64,000 nucleotides of DNA from Azolla caroliniana (lineage: Eukaryota > Plantae > Polypodiophyta): contig JBHGNT010000014.1 in NCBI GenBank assembly GCA_043228905.1, positions 10,044,001 to 10,108,000 of the forward strand, in the 5' to 3' direction. Under the pieces are notes generated by a model. That model was not told where the DNA came from, made no database searches, and saw only the letters and a program-made list of their open reading frames with translations. Positions within the stretch are counted from its first letter, which is position 1; every line of letters starts with the position of its first letter. Both the position numbers and the translations under genes were made by a program. This document shows, piece by piece, positions 1-13,300 of this stretch.

Positions 1-350
1 ACATTTCAGGGTCACAAGATTCCTTCATTTTTTTGCAATACTCATATGCAAAAGCTCTGGCAAATGAAACAGACAATTCGTTCTTGACCAAGATCTCTTG
101 ATGTATTTTCTGGTGCAGTCTCATGCAGTTGTCATACAGGTCCGAGTGTACATGCTTGAGCTTGAGCTTGCCTTTCACTCTAGGCAATTTATATATGAAC
201 ATCTAGTCTACATCACTAATCAATTTATATGTTAGAACAACAGGGTCAATAACCTCGAGCGACAGACCATATATCTTGTGAAAGTCCTCCTTTGTCTCAC
301 AAAATTTTGCGAAGTTCAGCACTCTAGGATAGGGAGGAACGAGCCACCTA
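1..350 (-). pseudogene. Degenerate coding fragment of unknown, probably transposon-associated protein
   Basis: Minus strand reads ...RVKGKLKLKHVHSDLYDNCMRLHQKIHQEILVKNELSVSFARAFAYEYCKK with stops nearby; flanked by AT-rich intron-like DNA. Confidence 0.3.
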
Positions 351-908
351 AAATAGAAAATCAATAATCAGAATTGGTGCAAAAACAGAATTTTTAATGT
401 GAATTTGGTGTAAAATTACAACACTTTGAGACAGTAACCTGAAATTTGTAATCTGTCCTTTTCAACATGTATCAGAAATCAACCACTTAAAAAATTAGAA
501 ACCATAATCATAATTTTTCATGAGAATTGATGCAAAATTACAACAGATTCCAATAGTAATTTGAAATTTGTAATTATAAATTTGTAACCAGGAACTTGAA
601 ATCTGAAATTTGTAATCAGAAACCCTAAACCACTTAAGGAAAACACAAACCCTAACCATCACTAAAGGCATAAATCAACCATAATACGAAATTCTGTCAA
701 TAAAAAACACACCTACTGCTACACCCCGATCTTTGAGACATCCCTGTTTGGCACTCCAACGACTTCGCCCTATTCGATTTTTGGGAAAGATGAACATGCA
801 CCAAAGTTACATACAGTTAGCAGAAAGTAAAAAAAAGTTTTTTTAATATGTAACTGATAAATACCTGGATGGCGATCGAATTGGTCGTGTGTTTTAGCTC
901 TGAAGGTG

Positions 909-1410
909 TGTTAACAGTTTCTGGGAAAACACCTTCGATGAGCCCACAGGCTATTGGTGTCAAGGGATCGTGTTACGTGGGAGCCTCTTCTACACGGGGA
1001 AGAAGAAAAGAAGAAAGAACGAGGAGCGTACACGGGCTACAACCCGTTAGGCATAAGCATAGCTCGCTTTACGAGTATGGGGAGAATACACAGATAGAAT
1101 ATTAGAAAAACGAAACTTATATTAAACGATAGAGCTCCCAGTGAGTACAATACTCGGCTCTCAACTAGAAACAGTTAGTGCAGAGCTTGCTACTAGGATA
1201 TTCCTCTCTCTAAGAATGATCTAGATAAATCCCCCCTTGGGGTATGCATAACTTGGGTTATATAGTTTTCCCCTTCAGACAGAGCGGAGCCATCGACTAA
1301 TTGTGAGGGTTCAAACATGACTATTTCTAGTCTTACCTATTTCCTCACCTACTCTTTTACCTAACGACAAGTTTACATAATATATTTATATTTCTGGCCT
1401 ATGGACAACA
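909..1410 (-). repeat. Element A 3' LTR (502 bp)
   Basis: tgttaacagtttctggg...atggacaaca, aligns with 15261-15751. Confidence 0.95.
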
Positions 1411-1412
1411 CT

Positions 1413-1429
1413 TGGCACGCTTGTGGGAC
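1413..1429 (+). promoter_or_regulatory. Inverted tRNA-Arg PBS-like site at the PPT position of element A
   Basis: TGGCACGCTTGTGGGAC begins 2 nt (ct) inside the 3' LTR boundary; no purine tract on the element strand here. Confidence 0.8.
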
Positions 1430-1542
1430 AGGACCTTGTTCGTCGGATCCACGGTTCACAATGTGGAGGAGTAACCATGGATTTGGAAAAACAACACAAT
1501 TTACAAAAATTGCCCGTTCATACGAGGGCTTATAGGGTTGTT

Positions 1543-4400
1543 TTATTCCTCTTCCAATATGCCGAGGATATCCTCAGGGGCATGGGGTTGGTCTGGCTGC
1601 TCGAAAGGTGGGGTTGGTGATGGAGGTTTTGTTGCTGAGTTGGGGATGGTGGTGTCGTCATGTGTGCCTTCCCCTGTTGGGACCGATTCAGGCAGGGTCG
1701 TGGTTATAGTCTGTGGCTCGGGTGGGATGTCGAGGTTTGTAGGGGCAGGCTCCTCCGGTCTAGCTGCCATGGTGGGTGGCTCGGGTCCTTGCTCGTTGGT
1801 TGTGGAAGCTCTGTTAATCCCGGTAGCGAGTCGTTCCTCCTCGTACACTTCGGCTTCTAAGCTAAACACCATTAGATCGTCGTTGAATTCCTCTAAAAGT
1901 TGCTCGATGGCCGCGGTGTGGGATGCTGCCAAGGTATGATATTCCTCAGTTAAGTCTTCACGGAGGGTCTGGATGCTGGTATCATCCATCTTGTAAAACC
2001 CTCTGCCTTCCTTCCGTCGGTTCTCCGCATCCGCGCGTAGTATGTGTAGGTCCACGGCTTGGGCTGACCACCCCTGCCAAACATGGTCAAGTGTGTCTTT
2101 GATCTTCGCGGTGAATTGTTGGCGATACTTGTTGGTTAGGATCTTGATTTTAGTATCGTCCATGCCGATGCTAGCGCGATGAACTTCCATTGCCTCCCTT
2201 GCAGCCTTGGCTTCTGCTTCGCTTTTGCGGACGAGGAGTGCTAAAGTAGCTTGATTATCTTTTGTTGTTTCGGTGATGAGCGTGATTGTCTACTCATAAC
2301 GTGTGGTGAGCTGAGCTACAGTTTCGTCCATGTCCTGTCACCAAGCGTCTCGATGGTGTTCTCTAGTGGCGATGTGCTTGGTTTGCAACTCATGATATGC
2401 ATCGGAAATTTTTTCCCTTTGCTCCTCCGAGATCCTCCACTTCTGCATATGTTCGTTGGCCATGTCTTGTAAGGCCCTTGTATGACATCGTAATTCCTGG
2501 TTGTTTGCGAATAGCTCTTGTTCCTGTTGGCTATTCCGCTCTGCTTCTTTGATGAAACGTTCTTTGCCCTTAGTGATAGAGACTTGAAGGGTCATCACCT
2601 CCCTTTCTCGTTCTTCGAGTGCGGCCGACCTTTCAGCAAGCATGCACTTGAGGTCGGCTTTGCGGCTTGTGGCTTGTTCCCGTAGCTGGCCAAGACTGTT
2701 GTGGTGGTTCTATTCTACCAACTTGGCCAGAGCGATCTAGGCCTTTAGCTCCTCCTGGTAGTCCCGAAGGGGAGGCCCTATTTGGGTTGCCGCTTGCTGG
2801 ATTCGGGGAGAGGGTTCCCTGTCTATCTGTGTAGATCGTTCCATGATGACCGGGGGTGGTGGCGTTTGCGTGGATGCTTGGCTGGTTTGGGGGTGCGGGC
2901 TGATATCTGCCCGTGACGATGGCTCACTTGAATGTCGCCTGTTTCTCCTCGGCGGCTTGCCATAGCTCGGTAGCCCGTTTTGGCTTTCTGATGTGCCGTT
3001 TTAATACGTTGGGCCATGTCCTGGGCTGCCCGAGTAGTGTCGTGCAGATTCCGATATGCCTTGACTAAGGCCATGTTCAGATCTGGTAGTTTCATGAGGA
3101 GCGAAGCATTCTTTGCTTACTTCTTCTGTCCTATCTTCCGTAAGGCTCGATCCTCGTGAGGTTCGATTTCACCCATTAGAGCGCGTTGAATCATCTTTGT
3201 TTCGGCGTGCTCCTCGGCCACACGAGCGGGGGCAGCTACTTGGGCGCGCGCGAGGAAATCCATTAACTCATATCTTGTGCCCAGTCGAAGTAGTGCACAT
3301 AACTCGTATGTCTCCGCAGGGAGATCTTTGTAACCGAGGACTTCCTCCTCTGATATCTGCGTGGTTTTTCCATGCTCGATCCTACCGACTTGGAGCCATG
3401 ACTCCGCTGGTACCATGGTTGTGGATGTTGGGCTGTCCTCGTTTGATTTTTGATGATGGTCTCCCTCGGTTTCTGTGGTTGCCTCTCGAATGATGCGGCC
3501 TCTGTTTGGCGGTTGCTCCTGTGCGTCTGGGGCCGGTGGTGTTGGCTCCTCGGCCTCTTTCCTCTTTTGTTGCCGGATGGCCAAGGGCTGCTGGCTTGTG
3601 GGCTATGGGCTCGGTTGGGGAGAGTTCATTGATGTCCTTGGTGGTTTCTGGCGTATGGTGACATCCTTGGGGATGGGCTCCTCGGCCTCTTCCCATTTGA
3701 CATGGGTCACTGTTACCGCCTGTTGTTTCTGTGTTTTTGGTGGGGGTGGTGCCGAGGCGGAAGTGGGGTTCCGACCGCCTGAGGGGGGGTGGAGAAGGTG
3801 AGGGGTCTTCCCATTCTTCCTGGGTTATCGCCAAAATCTTCTCCCGTTGTTTCCTTGGTGGTGGTGGACAGGTCAGGATGCGACGAGGGGAAACCGAAGG
3901 GGGTGGGTAGAGGACGGTGAGGAAGTGATTGATCACATGCAACAAACGCTTACCGGTTTGGAAGGATTCGAGCGCCGCACAGACTCCTTTGCCGGTGATG
4001 ATTCCCCAATCGATTTTGTCGCCTTCATACGCCCGGATGATGATAACAACTTTGTTTTGTGGCATACTCGTGGGATTGGTATGCACAAAGGTGTATTCCA
4101 TTAAAATCCGAGTGATTTCACCAAAAGCTTTGTTTGGCCCTCCGTCAGTGCGGTAAGCTTTACCCGACATCGAATACATCCCAAAATATTCCTTGATGAT
4201 CGAGTGGGGAGGGATTTCAACCTCATGGTCTTCGCCCCGCGCAAGGTCGAGAGCCGTGCGAATCATGTTGTTGGATATTGTGTCAGGGTGTATTCTGCGT
4301 GTTATCGCTGGGGCTTTAGGGTGCATTGGGGCGTTGATGACCCGCAAGTACCCACCCAATCCCTATTGTTGTAGCCAAGAACGGGTTTCTTGTGATGTAG
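1543..4400 (-). pseudogene. Element A extra ORF2 (globular N-domain + coiled coil), frameshifted
   Basis: ORF pieces 3382-4359, 3117-3584, 2823-3095, 2338-2643, 1543-2190; shares YEGDKIDWG and LRADAENRRKEG motifs with ORF2 of C and F. Confidence 0.8.
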
Positions 4401-4939
4401 AGAGAGGCATGGTGGATGCGGAGGTTTGCTGGCAGGAGGCGTTGGGGGAAGCGATGAGACGAGGGCGAGACAGAGAGTTGGGGGAACACTAATGGTCCGT
4501 GCAGGGGCTACAAGGGCGAGAGGTAGGAGTCCATTTGCAGGGGCGATTAGAACCATATAGAGCTGTAGAGCTTGAAGACGGTGAAGGCAAGAACCCGTCT
4601 ATGCGGGGGGCTGCGTTGTATGTGGGGTAGTTTCTTTTATGAGACTGTCTAGGGATTTGTGCAGGGAGAAGATCTTTGAGATTCCTAGTCGTGGCTGCCA
4701 TAATAAGGTATTATGGCCACGCGTCCCAGGAGTGCTAGTCCGGTGTGCATGCTTCTTAAATATACTATTTTAAAGTGGATGTGACTAGTTGGTGCACCTA
4801 AAAAAATCTCGTGATTTGGGGTGATTAGTTAGGTAATTCTAGGTAATGCTAATTTAACTACGAAAAATCATTTCTACTATATACATTGGGTGGGTAGGTC
4901 CTGAATTTACCGATGGGGACACGTGGCCTCATTCGAGGC

Positions 4940-5316
4940 TGTTAAAAGTAGCGTGCGGAAGCAAGTATAAAGACAGAACAGAAGGGAGAATACTCAGGTT
5001 TAATGGAGAGCTTGAGCTTACACAATATACGCAGTAGAGACCGAGAGAGTTTGAGAGGAGACACCAAAAGGAAGGTATATCATTAAAGACAAAAAACAAC
5101 AATACATATATGTGTTCAATGAACACTTTGTACAAGCCCTAGAAGGACTGACTGGAGTACTGACAGTACTTCAATGCTCATTAAGAGCTCCTACACTAAC
5201 TCCCAAATATATTCCTCACGGAATATCTTTCCTAACGGCCTGACCGATCGGTCCCAGTCGATCCGGTCCTCGGCTTCTTCAGCCGATCCGGCCGATGTTG
5301 AGCTTGTCTCTCAAGA
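4940..5316 (-). repeat. Element B 3' LTR
   Basis: Matches 9909-10285 with about 11 substitutions by eye, mostly transitions. Confidence 0.95.
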
Positions 5317-8300
5317 CTCCCCCTCAAGCTCAACTTGAGGCTCTTCGGGATCTTCACAGCTCTGGTTCCTCCTGGCTTCACGCCTCGCTCGCGCTCCTCG
5401 ACCTGTTTGACTCTGCGCGCTTCGACCCTTACGGTCGGCTTGTCTGCTCATGTGACCCTTATCAACTCTTCTGCTGTTGCGGTGTCGACACTTCTTCTGC
5501 TGCCTTTTCTTCCGCTTGGGCCTCGGTTGATTCAACGTGTCTGAATCAAACATCCGAACCGACTCGGCTACTTCCGATCGGTTTTCGCTCTCGTTCGAGT
5601 TGGTTGTCTCCAACTCGTCTTCGGTCTTCTCGCCCTCGATGGCGTCATCTCGCCCATGCGTGGTTGGCTTTGGCTCTCTCCTTCGACTCCTCCCCTTCTG
5701 TCCGCTTTCAGACTTTTCCGTGGATGCGCCCTTGGCTTCATCAGCCGATCCGAACTCAAACTCGACAACCGAGTCAACCGACTCGGACTCGGTGTCGCGG
5801 TCTCCGCTCCTTTCCTGCTGCCTTGCTTGGTCATTCGGGACTATTCTCCCCCTCAAGTATGGCACGTCGAGGTGACGCAACCCGAGCGCACCTGAGAATT
5901 GCCGCAACTTGTCCAGACCAAGCAGCTTTGTGAAGATGTCGGCAGTCTGCCGATCCGTCGGCACGTACTGAAGTTCGACTTCACCGGAAAGGACATGCTC
6001 ACGGACGAAATGGTAGTGCACTCAATGTGCTTGGTCCGTGCGTGGAAAACGGGGTTCTTTGCGAGTTGGATGCTGTTGAGGTTGTCACAGTAGATCGTCA
6101 TCGGATCTGACACCTCCACCTGCAAGTCCTGAAGTAGCCGCTTCAACCATATGGCTTCGCATGTCGCGACAGCCGCTCCTCGGTACTCAGCTTCGGTGCT
6201 GGACAGTGCAATTGTCGGCTGCTTCTTACTACTCCACGTGATCGCGGCACTCCCGAGGGAGAATGTGTATCCGGACATGGATCGACGATCGGCGGCGTTG
6301 CCAGCCCAATCAGCATCGGTGTAGCCGACTAACTGCGCGGCTGCACCGGTCCGATATAGCAGTCCTCGGTCCTTAGTGCCACTTACGTACCGCAGTACGC
6401 GTTGCGCACACTGAAGGTGCTCCTCGGTAGGTCGCGCCATGAACTAACTGATCACCCCGACTGGATAACTGAGGTCGGGTCGGGTGATGGTCAAGTATAT
6501 GAGGCTTCCGACAATTTGTCGGAACCTCGTTGGGTCACATACCTTTCCCGTATCGGGACGAAGCTTGACGGTTCTGTCCAGAGGAGTCGAGATGGACTTA
6601 CAGTCGGCCATCCCGAATTTGAAGAGCATACGGGGTTTGCTTCAGTCCGTAAAGGGACTTCTTCAGTCGGCATACTGCCGAGGAGTTCGTTCCGGAGTGA
6701 AATCCGGGGGGCTGTACCATGTACACCTGTTCCTCAAGGTCACCTTGCAGGAACGCATTCTTTACATCCATTTGATGTAAGTGCCACCCCTTCGCCGCAG
6801 CTACTGCGAGCAAAACATGGACGATCGTCATTTTCGCGACCGGCGCAAATGTCTCATCGTAGTCGATGCCGTGTTTCTGTGCATAGCCCTTTGCTACTAG
6901 CCGAGCCTTGTACCGGTTAACGGAGCCATCGGTGTTGTACTTGACCTTGTACACCCACCTACACCCGATTGGTTTTACCCCTGTTGGTGCGTCAACCAGG
7001 TCCCAGGTCTCGTTCTCCGCCAATGCATGCATCTCTTCCTCCATCACGGCACGCCAATTCGCGTCTTTAGCCACTTCTGCGTAGCTCTCCGGCTCACGCA
7101 CTTCCGCTACATGGGTCATGTACGCATAATGATGCGCCATGTACTCGTTGTATCCGAACCGCAAAACAGGATTCTTCTGGCGGGTAGATCGGCGTAACCT
7201 CACATTAGCCGATGTCGAGGCCTTCTCGGTCGACGCGGTCTTCACCTTTAAAGACCAATCACCGGTTCCCTCGGAGTCGGACTCGCATCGGTTTGACTCG
7301 TTCCTATCCGTGCCGGAATCCGACACCTTCTTCCCTTTCTCTTTGCGTGTAAGCCGTCTCCTCGGCTTCCTGCGCGGGGAATGCACGGCCTAGTCTCCAC
7401 TACTCGCCGGTTCTTCATCGGACTGGTCGTACCGACTCAGTTGTCCAATCGGTCCACTTAACCGGAGTGAAATCGGACTCTCTTTGCGGGTCTCGATTTC
7501 GGGCTCATCCGGAGGCATCTCGGCCTTGCTGACCTCTTCATCAGAGCTCGGATTGGAGTCGAGGTTCGTAGTCAGGGACAGGTACCAGGACGTGGACTCG
7601 TCAACCACAACGTCGCGGCTGACATGCGCTTGTTTGGTGCGAGGGTTATAGCGCTTATAACCCTTCTGCTCGTCCGAGTAACCGACCAAGATGCATCTCT
7701 CGGCCTTTGCGTCTAGCTTCCTCCTTTTCTCCTTCAGTATATGCACATACGCAATGCTACTGAACACCCTCAAGTGTCGTAAGTTCGGCTTCGTTCCGAA
7801 GTATAGCTCGTGCGCCGACACCTTGTCTCCGATCCGGTTCTGGATGTACACCGCGGTCCTTACCGCCTCGGCCCAATAGAACTTGGGCAAGCTCTTCTCC
7901 TCCAGCATTGCCTGTGCCTCTTCCACAACTGACCGATTCTTTCTCTCAGCCATGCCGTTCTGCTCCGGCGAGTATCTACAACTGAATTCGCGGCAAATTC
8001 CCATTTGTTGTAGGTAACCGTTGAATTGACCGGAAAAGTACTCTTTCCCGCCATCCGACTGCAGGCACTTGATCTTTTGTCCCGTTTCCGTTTCCACGAA
8101 CCCTTTGAGGTCCCGGAAACAGTCGAAGACTTCGCTCTTCCTCTCAATGAGGTAGATCCACGTGTGCCGCGTGTGGTCGTCGATGAAGGAGACGAAGTAT
8201 CGGCTCCCGCCAAGACTAACGTTTTGTGCCGGCCCCCATACATCGGAGTGTATAAGGTCGAGCTTGTTCCGGCTCCGGTTTCGCTCGTTGGGGAAAGGAA

Positions 8301-9836
8301 GTCGGTGTTGCTTCCCGAGCTGGCAGGCTTCACAAATTTGTGCCTTTCGGCCACTAAACTTGGGCAATCCGAACACTACCTGTTTCGATTGCAGATCTTG
8401 AAGCTGTTGGTAGTTGACGTGGCCTATCCGCTTGTGCCACAAGTCGATGTCCGACTTGGCTTTTTGTCCCTTTCCAAACATTGCGGTGCCGCCGTCAGTG
8501 GAGTCGAGGATGAACATCCTCCCGTCTCTGCGCCCTTGCGCAATCACATGGCCTTCTTCCTCAATGAAGCACCCGAGGTGTGTAAACCAAACCTCCATCC
8601 CTTGGTCGACGATCTGTCCGACCGAGACCAAGTTCTTCGTGATTGTCGGAACGTGCAGCACGTTCATGAGTTTCCCTTTCTGCCCAACATGGCTAAGGGG
8701 AACTTCTCCGACATTCGCGATCGGATGCAGAGTGTCGTCTCCAGTTGTGACTACTCCAGGTTGTATCGGTTTTTCAAGGTACGAGAACCACTCCTTATGG
8801 CTCGTCATGTGGTTTGATGCGCCGGAGTCTACGTACCACACCTCGTCCGATCTCGGGGTGGTTCGTTTCATTGAGTTTGCTTCGTGTCTCGTCACGAAGG
8901 CAGACCCTTCTCCGGCTCTCCCGGAGTCTTCGGCGTAGTGCGATCGCTGCCGATTTCCCTTGTCGGTATGTCTGAAGCCGTTTCCGGAACCGGTTCTCTC
9001 CGACTCGACGCGCTTCTTCCAGCACTCACTTTCCCTGTGGCCTTTCTTGCCACAGTACCAGCACTCCACGATGGCCTTACCTTGCCGGTTCTCATCGCTT
9101 CGACTCCCCCTGTTTCCGGAGGGTCCGGAGTTGCTGTCGGCATCACTTCGGTGCCTTCTTCCTTGATCTCGTCGGCTGCCTCCATTGCGCGCCGACTCAC
9201 CTCGTCCTCCACGTCCATGGGGCCTATCTCCCTCCGTGTACAGCATTCTACTGTCGGTGTGCGTGCTTGTAGACGCACCCGCGTGGTTCTCTTCTACCAG
9301 GAGCATTGACTGTAAGTCGAAAAAGGACGGTGTATTCTCCCGGGTACACACAGCCATTTGGAACGCTCCGAACTTCCGAGACAGATCTGGACCATCTCAC
9401 TCTCCTCGATGTTCACCTCTATGGAGGTGAGGTAGTCGCAGATATCCTTGATCTTCGAGGTATAGTCCACCACCGACAAGTCGCGTTGTCGTAGGTTGCT
9501 CAACTCCTGTCGGAGCTGAAGCTTCCTGGCTGTGGTGCTCGCGGCGAAAATCTTCTTCAGATTTTCCCACGCACCCTTCGGCGTCTTTGCATCCCGAACA
9601 TAGCTCAATAGTTGTTCGCCCACACACGACGCGAAGCAGTATAATACCCTGCTCGCCGATTGCTCCCACGACGGGAAGTCTCTGTGTGTCGATTTGGGTG
9701 CCGCGTCATTAGCTCCTTCGACATAACTCCAGTAGTTGTGCCCGAGCAGGTACTGGTGCATCTTGTAGGACCAAGACGCGTAGTTGGTTCTGTCGAGCTT
9801 CTCTTTTGGAAGCGAGCTCGCCATGCCTCTATCCAT
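5311..9836 (-). pseudogene. Element B Copia gag-pol (frameshifts, stop, deletions in gag and RT)
   Basis: CWYCGKKGHRESEC knuckle, WYVDSGASNHM protease, HSDVWGP integrase, [20 protein letters not shown] (YVDD region deleted near 6630), YTDADWAG/RTKHI RNase H. Confidence 0.9.
5317..5328 (-). promoter_or_regulatory. Element B polypurine tract (CTTGAGGGGGAG); identical second copy at 5846-5857
   Basis: Abuts the 3' LTR. Confidence 0.85.
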
Positions 9837-9896
9837 CGTTCTTCTTGTTCTTCTTTGTCAAGCTATGTCGGCTACAGAGAGGTTCTCAACCCTCGC

Positions 9897-9908
9897 ACTC
9901 TGATACCA
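9897..9908 (-). promoter_or_regulatory. Element B PBS (tRNA-iMet)
   Basis: TGGTATCAGAGT directly after the 5' LTR on the minus strand. Confidence 0.9.
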
Positions 9909-10285
9909 TGTAAAAAGTAGTGTGCGGAAGCAAGTATAAAGACAAAACAAAAGGGAGAATACTCAAGTTTAATGGAGAGCTTGAGCTTACACAATATACG
10001 CAGTAGAGACCGAGAGAGTTTGAGAGGAGACACCAAAAGGAAGGTATATCATTAAAGACAAAAAACAACAATACATATATGTGTTCAATGAACACTTTGT
10101 ACAAACCCTAGAAGGACTGACTGGAGTACTGACAATACTTCAATGCTCATTAAGAGCTCCTACACTTACTCCCAAATATATTCCTCACGGAATATCTTTC
10201 CTAACGGCCTGACCGATCGGTCCCAGTCGATCCAGTCCTCGGCTTCTTCAGCCGATCCGGTCGATGTTGAGCTTGTCTCTCAACA
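9909..10285 (-). repeat. Element B 5' LTR
   Basis: tgtaaaaag...tctcaaca. Confidence 0.95.
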
Positions 10286-10302
10286 GAGGCATCGTCCGGG
10301 AG

Positions 10303-13300
10303 CTAGTCCGTGCCGTCGGTCACGGCAAAAGGATTAACTGGGGTCATCCCAAGGTAAGGTCGAAGTCGGAAGCCATTTGCCCAACTCTTGACGATGTCTC
10401 CGGCAAGTGTGCTGAGTTGGAATGTGTCGTTAAACTCGTCAATTATCCAGAAGGGGCCTGTCCATCGGAATTGTAATTTACTCGGCATCGCACCGAGTCG
10501 TGTTTGGAAGACCAGCACCAGTTTGCCGATGGTAAGTGTTTTCTCCCTACCCTTTTGGTGTCGATCGACGAAGGCTTTGCGTTGTTGTTGGCGTTGCTCC
10601 ATGTGAGGCATGCTGGCCATTTGTTGTTCGCCGAGTTCGAGGAGTTGTTCGAGCCGATATTGCTCTGATTGACCCTCGGGTTGCCTTTCCTTAACCTGAA
10701 CCCGGAGACTCGAAACTTGGAACTCGATCGGCATGACTGCTTTCAAACCAAAGGCCAACTGAAAGGGTGTAGACTGAATGCTCGTTTTGAATGTGGTGCA
10801 ATATGCCCACAATGCACTCTGGAGCTTGGCATCCCAATCGGTGCGGTTCTCATTGACGATTTTTTTCAGGATTGTCTGCAAAATTTTATTAGTCGACTCT
10901 GCCAATCCGTTTGCCTGTGGATAGTACGTCGTACTCTTCTTATGTATGACCGCGTAGTGTGTAGTGAGTTCGCGAATTATGTGGTTTAGAAAATGCCCGC
11001 CTTGGCCACTAATGAGCTCGATTGGGCATCCATATCGGCACCATAGATGTTCGTATACGAACTTTGCCGTGGATGCAGCAGTATTGTCCCATAGTGCCTT
11101 AGCCTCGACCCATTTTGTGCAATAGTCCGTGGCCACGATGATGTATTTGTTACCGGTGCGGGCCGCGGCTGGTTTAAAAGTTCCGACAAAATCTAACCCC
11201 CACTTTTGAAATGGCTCTAACGAAAGAATGGGTTGGTGCGGCATCCGGGCTTGCTCAGTCGGTTGTCCCATGCGTTGACATAGATCGTATTGTCGACAGA
11301 ATTCATGAGCATCTTTTTTTGTTGTGGGCCACCACAAGCCACTCTGCCATATTTTTCTTGTTGTGGCCTCTCCAGCGTAATGTCTCCCCGCGATTCCGTG
11401 ATGTGACTCCTAGAGGATTGTGGGTTTCTCAAATTGAGGAATTGCACGACGCCAGATGCCATCCGAGCCTTTGTGGTAAAGGGTGTCGGAGACCATACAG
11501 AAATTTCAGCTCCTGAGAGCTAGTCGTTTCCGAGCATCGAGAGTCAAGTGGTCGGGAGGAAGGCCGGTGTAGAGAAAATGGGTCATCTCGGCGATCCATT
11601 CGTCCTCATTCGCGTTTGGCACTGTTGCGAGACTGAAAAGGGTGGCGTCGGGTAATTCATCGTACGTGGACACGGCTGGTTCGCCTGACTCGAGGCGGCT
11701 CAGGTAGTTAGCTACGGCGTGTTGGACGTCGGGCCGGTGCTGGATTTGAAAATCAAACTCCTGCAGCAGTAGCATCCATCGGGCCAGGCGACCTGTGAGG
11801 GCTTGCTTATTAACCAAGTAGAGGAGGGTTGAGTGGTCGACGTGGAATGTGAAGTTCCGGCCTAAGAGATAATGACGGAATTTGTTGATGTTGTAAACCA
11901 TACCGGGGGCCTTGCATTCGGTGGTTGAGTAGTTCTTCTCCGTGGCCGAGAGTCGTCGGCTACCGTAATACACTGGCCGGTACCAATTTGGTGGTGTGCG
12001 CTGCATGAGCGCGCTACCGATGACCATATCTGATGCATCTACGAAGACGTGAAAAGGTTCCGACCAGACCGGTGCCTGTACCACCGGGGCATGGGAGAGC
12101 ATTAACTTTAAGTCTTAGTACGCCTCGTCTTCTGTTGAAGACCACTGAAATGGAAGTCTATGCACCGCCGCATGTAAAGGGGTCGCGAAATCTGCTAGGT
12201 GTCGCAACATCCGGTTATGCCATCTAATTTGGCCCAAGAATCTGTTGAGAGCCTTCGCGGTAGAGGGCGCGGGGGCATTCAGAATGGCCTGCACTTTATC
12301 CGGGTCCATGGCGATACCTTCCTGGCTGACTATGTGCCCGAGCAGGTTGTCGCATGTCACCAAGAACGCGCATTTGGCCGAATTTAAACTTAAGTGCACG
12401 TGTCAGCATCGTTCGAGACAGAGCCGTAGTTGGGTCATATGCTCTAGTCGTTGACCATACACGGCAAAGTTGTCGAGGAGCACTTACATGAACGCTGAAA
12501 TATACTCGTTGAAAATCTCTGAGATGATGTGTTGGAACGTGGCCGGTGTCGTCTTAAATCTGAACATCATTACCTCGGCCACGAAGACACCCCAGTCCGT
12601 GACAAATGTCGTTTTCTCCTGATCGTCCAGGTGCATTCAGATTTGATTATAGCCACTAAACCCGTCGAGGAAACTGTAACATTCATGACCAGCCATCGTG
12701 TCGAGGACGCTATCCGTGAACGGAAGAGGGAACCCATCCGTGACTATCGCAGCATTGAGTTTGCGGTAATCAACACAAACGCGGATTTTCCTGTTTTTCT
12801 TGGGGACCACGATGATTGGGCTTAACCATGTGGCTCTTTTTACTGGGCGTATAAAACCTACTCGAAGGAGTTTGTCGATTTCCTCTTTGACCTGAGCCGC
12901 GTAGTTAAGGTTCATATGGTACCGTTGTTGTTGGATCGGCCGAGTGTCCGGTAGGAGGTGTACTTGGTGTTGGTAAAATTGGGGATCCAATCCCTTCATA
13001 TCCGTGTAAGACCAGGTGAATACATCCTGATATTCCGTGAGCAAGCGTACCAGGGCTGACCGCTCGTCGGCTGGTAAGTTATTAGCGATTTGAAGTGTCT
13101 GCGGGTTCTCGTTGGAGCCGAGGTTCAGTGACTCAAGCGTTGATGCTTTTACCCGCTGGGAAATGACAAGTTCTCGTTCGAACGCGTCCCGCGCTTGTCG
13201 TAGTTCCGTGATAGTCGTGGGATCGGCGTCATCCTGGGGAAGGGAATCTGTCGTGCCATCCTCGTCCAGTGTTGTGCCCACACCCGACATGGCGTTTATT

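Larger units (their letters stand above)
4940..10285 (-). mobile_element. Element B: Ty1/Copia LTR retrotransposon nested in A, internally deleted
   Basis: 377-bp LTRs 4940-5316 and 9909-10285; TSD GAGGC at 4935-4939 and 10286-10290; gag-PR-INT-RT-RH order. Confidence 0.95.

Noticed and set aside
700-908. Possible minus-strand exons with GT-AG introns continuing at 15757-15850
   Set aside because: Too short and degenerate to assign a gene
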